Shown here one piece after another: positions 61,834 through 64,000 of a DNA stretch of 64,000 nucleotides. The notes below the pieces were generated by a model that worked only from the letters and a program-made list of their open reading frames with translations, was not told the DNA's origin and made no database searches. Positions within the stretch are counted from its first letter, which is position 1. Every line of letters begins with the position of its first letter. Position numbers and translations under genes: made by a program. Source of the DNA: Podarcis erhardii (Eukaryota); NCBI GenBank assembly GCA_964252035.1, contig OZ176210.1. The stretch is one strand, 5' to 3'.

Positions 61834-63125
61834 CCCTTGCAAATTGTGAAGGGTTTCCCATTCATCTATTGCATTATCTCCTAAACCATTCAGCAGTGCT
61901 GTGGAGAAACAACTCACACTAGTACCTAGTCTAAGGTTAGACACCAAATGAAATATAATGCACACTGCAGTCAATGCACATTATAGATCTTGATACACAA
62001 AAAGAACAGATAGGTTAAAGCTAAATGTAACTTTCTTAGGGGCAAAGCATACTTTCCTTAACGCATTAAGCAGAGCATTGTACAACGTCTGACTGCTGGT
62101 AAAGAAGATTGTTAACTTCAGATTGATCTCAGCTATCATTTTTATGGAGGAAGCAAAGTTCACGTTTTCGTGGTGTAGAGAGAAACTTATGCAGACATTG
62201 AAGATCTGCAAATCAAAACGTCTCTTGAATACATAATCCAGCCATTCCCGGCAATAAGGGCACTGCAAATTGAATTACAGGCATTTACACACATTCAATA
62301 TGTTTGTGACCACGGGCCTGCATATCACACCGAACCCGGAAGTGACCCAAAAGTGTCACAAAAAGGGGCAGAACAGGACGGGCTGTTTGCAGGCTTTTCT
62401 AGTGGTGTTTCAAATGCACACAATTTCACTGATGCGCACAGTGCCTTGGAATGTAACTCTCACGTAAATGGGGGCTGCCTGTACTGTATTGAACAATCTA
62501 CCACCTAAGCTTCTGTATTTTTCCCAATTGTGGCTCTGCGTACTGGGATGCAAGAGCAACACGCAACATGAATGGAGCTGTTTTACAAACACAGGTGGTG
62601 TTTCGAAAGCCAGTGAAAGCCTTGCTGTGCAGAGCATTGCTGTCAAAGGTGGGGGGTTGAGTTCTGCAGGCACAACCACATTCATTTATGTCAGCAAGCT
62701 CTGCTCACGTTATAAAGCATAACTGGGTGGCGATACATCTAGGGCTAGGAGCATTGACCAAGCCTGGGCAATTGGTTTTATTGCACTCCTGTTCCTCTCC
62801 GATCGGTTGCTCATGCAAATTTAACACTATATACGTAATCTTTTCAAGTGCAGCCTGAGATTATCCATCTGTAAAATGCATTTAAGAAGCACTTCACAAA
62901 TAATTCCTAATATATTCTTTGCTCATTCTAACTCACTAACTAGCATTAAAGCCAAAGGAAAACCCACATTATCCTCCTAACTCTTCTTCCCAATTCAGTA
63001 CACTCAAAATATCCACCCGTTCATCCTTCTCCATCTCTTCTGTCACAACAAATTCTCCCTTCTCCGCACAATCCAAGGCTATCCAACTAGTTTCCCCTTC
63101 TTTAAGAAATGCTATGCTTGTGTGA

Positions 63126-63369
63126 CTCCTGCCAACCTAGCAGTTCGAAAGCACGTCAAAGTGCAAGTAGATAAATAGGTACCACTCCGGCGGGAAGGTA
63201 AACGGCGTTTCCATGCGCTGCTCTGGTTCACCAGAAGCGGCTTAGTCATGCTGGCCACATGACCCGGAAGCTGTACGCCGGCTTCCTTGGCCAATAAAGC
63301 GAGATGAGCGCTGCAACCCTAGAGTCGGTCACGACTGGACCTAATGGTCAGGGGTCCCTTTACCTTTAC
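63126..63369 (+). mobile_element. 5'-truncated Sauria SINE
   Basis: Body and tail match the other copies. Target duplication tatgcttgtgtga (63113-63125, 63370-63382). Confidence 0.92.
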
Positions 63370-64000
63370 TATGCTTGTGTGATGAAATTGTGGATACACA
63401 CAGTCCTATAAAGGGGGCATTTCAATGAAAAATTAGAACTGAGTTAGCCTTCTCCAATCTAGAGCCCTCCAGAGGCTTTAGATTACAAACTCCCATCAGC
63501 CTCAACTAACATGTCTATTAGTCAAGGATAATGGAAGCTGTAGTCCAAATCTCTCCGGAGGGGGCACCAAGTTGAGGATGGCTAAACACAAACTAGTAAC
63601 TAAGCCAGATATAGGCCTGGGGGAGGCAGCTCAAACTTGACCGGGCCAGAGTTTTTCCAGATCAATGTCCATTATGTGTTCCCAAATCCATAGAGACCAA
63701 GTCTGATGTCATCATGCAGTATATTTTCTATCAAAGTAGAACATTATTCTGCAAAACTGTACGACTGACCAATAAACAAATAAATTTGACAATGGGTTGA
63801 AAAAGCCACATCCCAAGTACTTCTGATCCAACACTGAAGACACAAAAAGGCACATTTCCCTTCCACCATTTTCACTTTGTATTTGCCAATGTGTACTGTA
63901 CCTATTGAAATTGGTTGTGGGACAGGGAGACCCTTCCAAGAGACAGTGTCATTTTGATGAAGGAGCAATATGCAAGAGATGATTGATTCCCATCCTCTAA

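Noticed and set aside
61000-64000. Further ZNF131 exons (BTB domain, first zinc fingers)
   Set aside because: No matching peptide was seen in any frame, so they presumably lie beyond the window.

Overview
Vertebrate (not prokaryotic) genomic DNA, very likely from a lacertid lizard judging by its Sauria/Squam SINE sequences. It carries the gene order HMGCS1(+) >< NIM1K(-) < ZNF131(-), which matches human 5p12 as I recall it. I traced all nine coding exons of cytosolic HMG-CoA synthase (9173-20414, 522 aa), all three coding exons of NIM1K (30901-23147, 435 aa, ending in a CaaX motif, CLIL) and the last two coding exons of ZNF131 (60742-56815). All have GT-AG boundaries and consistent phases. 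The introns hold many SINEs, L1/L2/CR1 LINE fragments, Tc1/mariner and hAT MITEs, and a Penelope insertion. I see no CRISPR array, rRNA or intact tRNA. I cannot support a wholly new biological system here. The best leads are: (i) a Penelope-derived perfect 99-bp inverted repeat with a minimal hammerhead ribozyme on each strand; (ii) up to three candidate first exons for NIM1K feeding an 826-nt leader with 13 upstream AUGs, one candidate encoding a basic, presequence-like micropeptide; (iii) the NIM1K prenylation motif next to a mevalonate-pathway gene; and (iv) candidate terminal exons of an unidentified gene upstream of HMGCS1.
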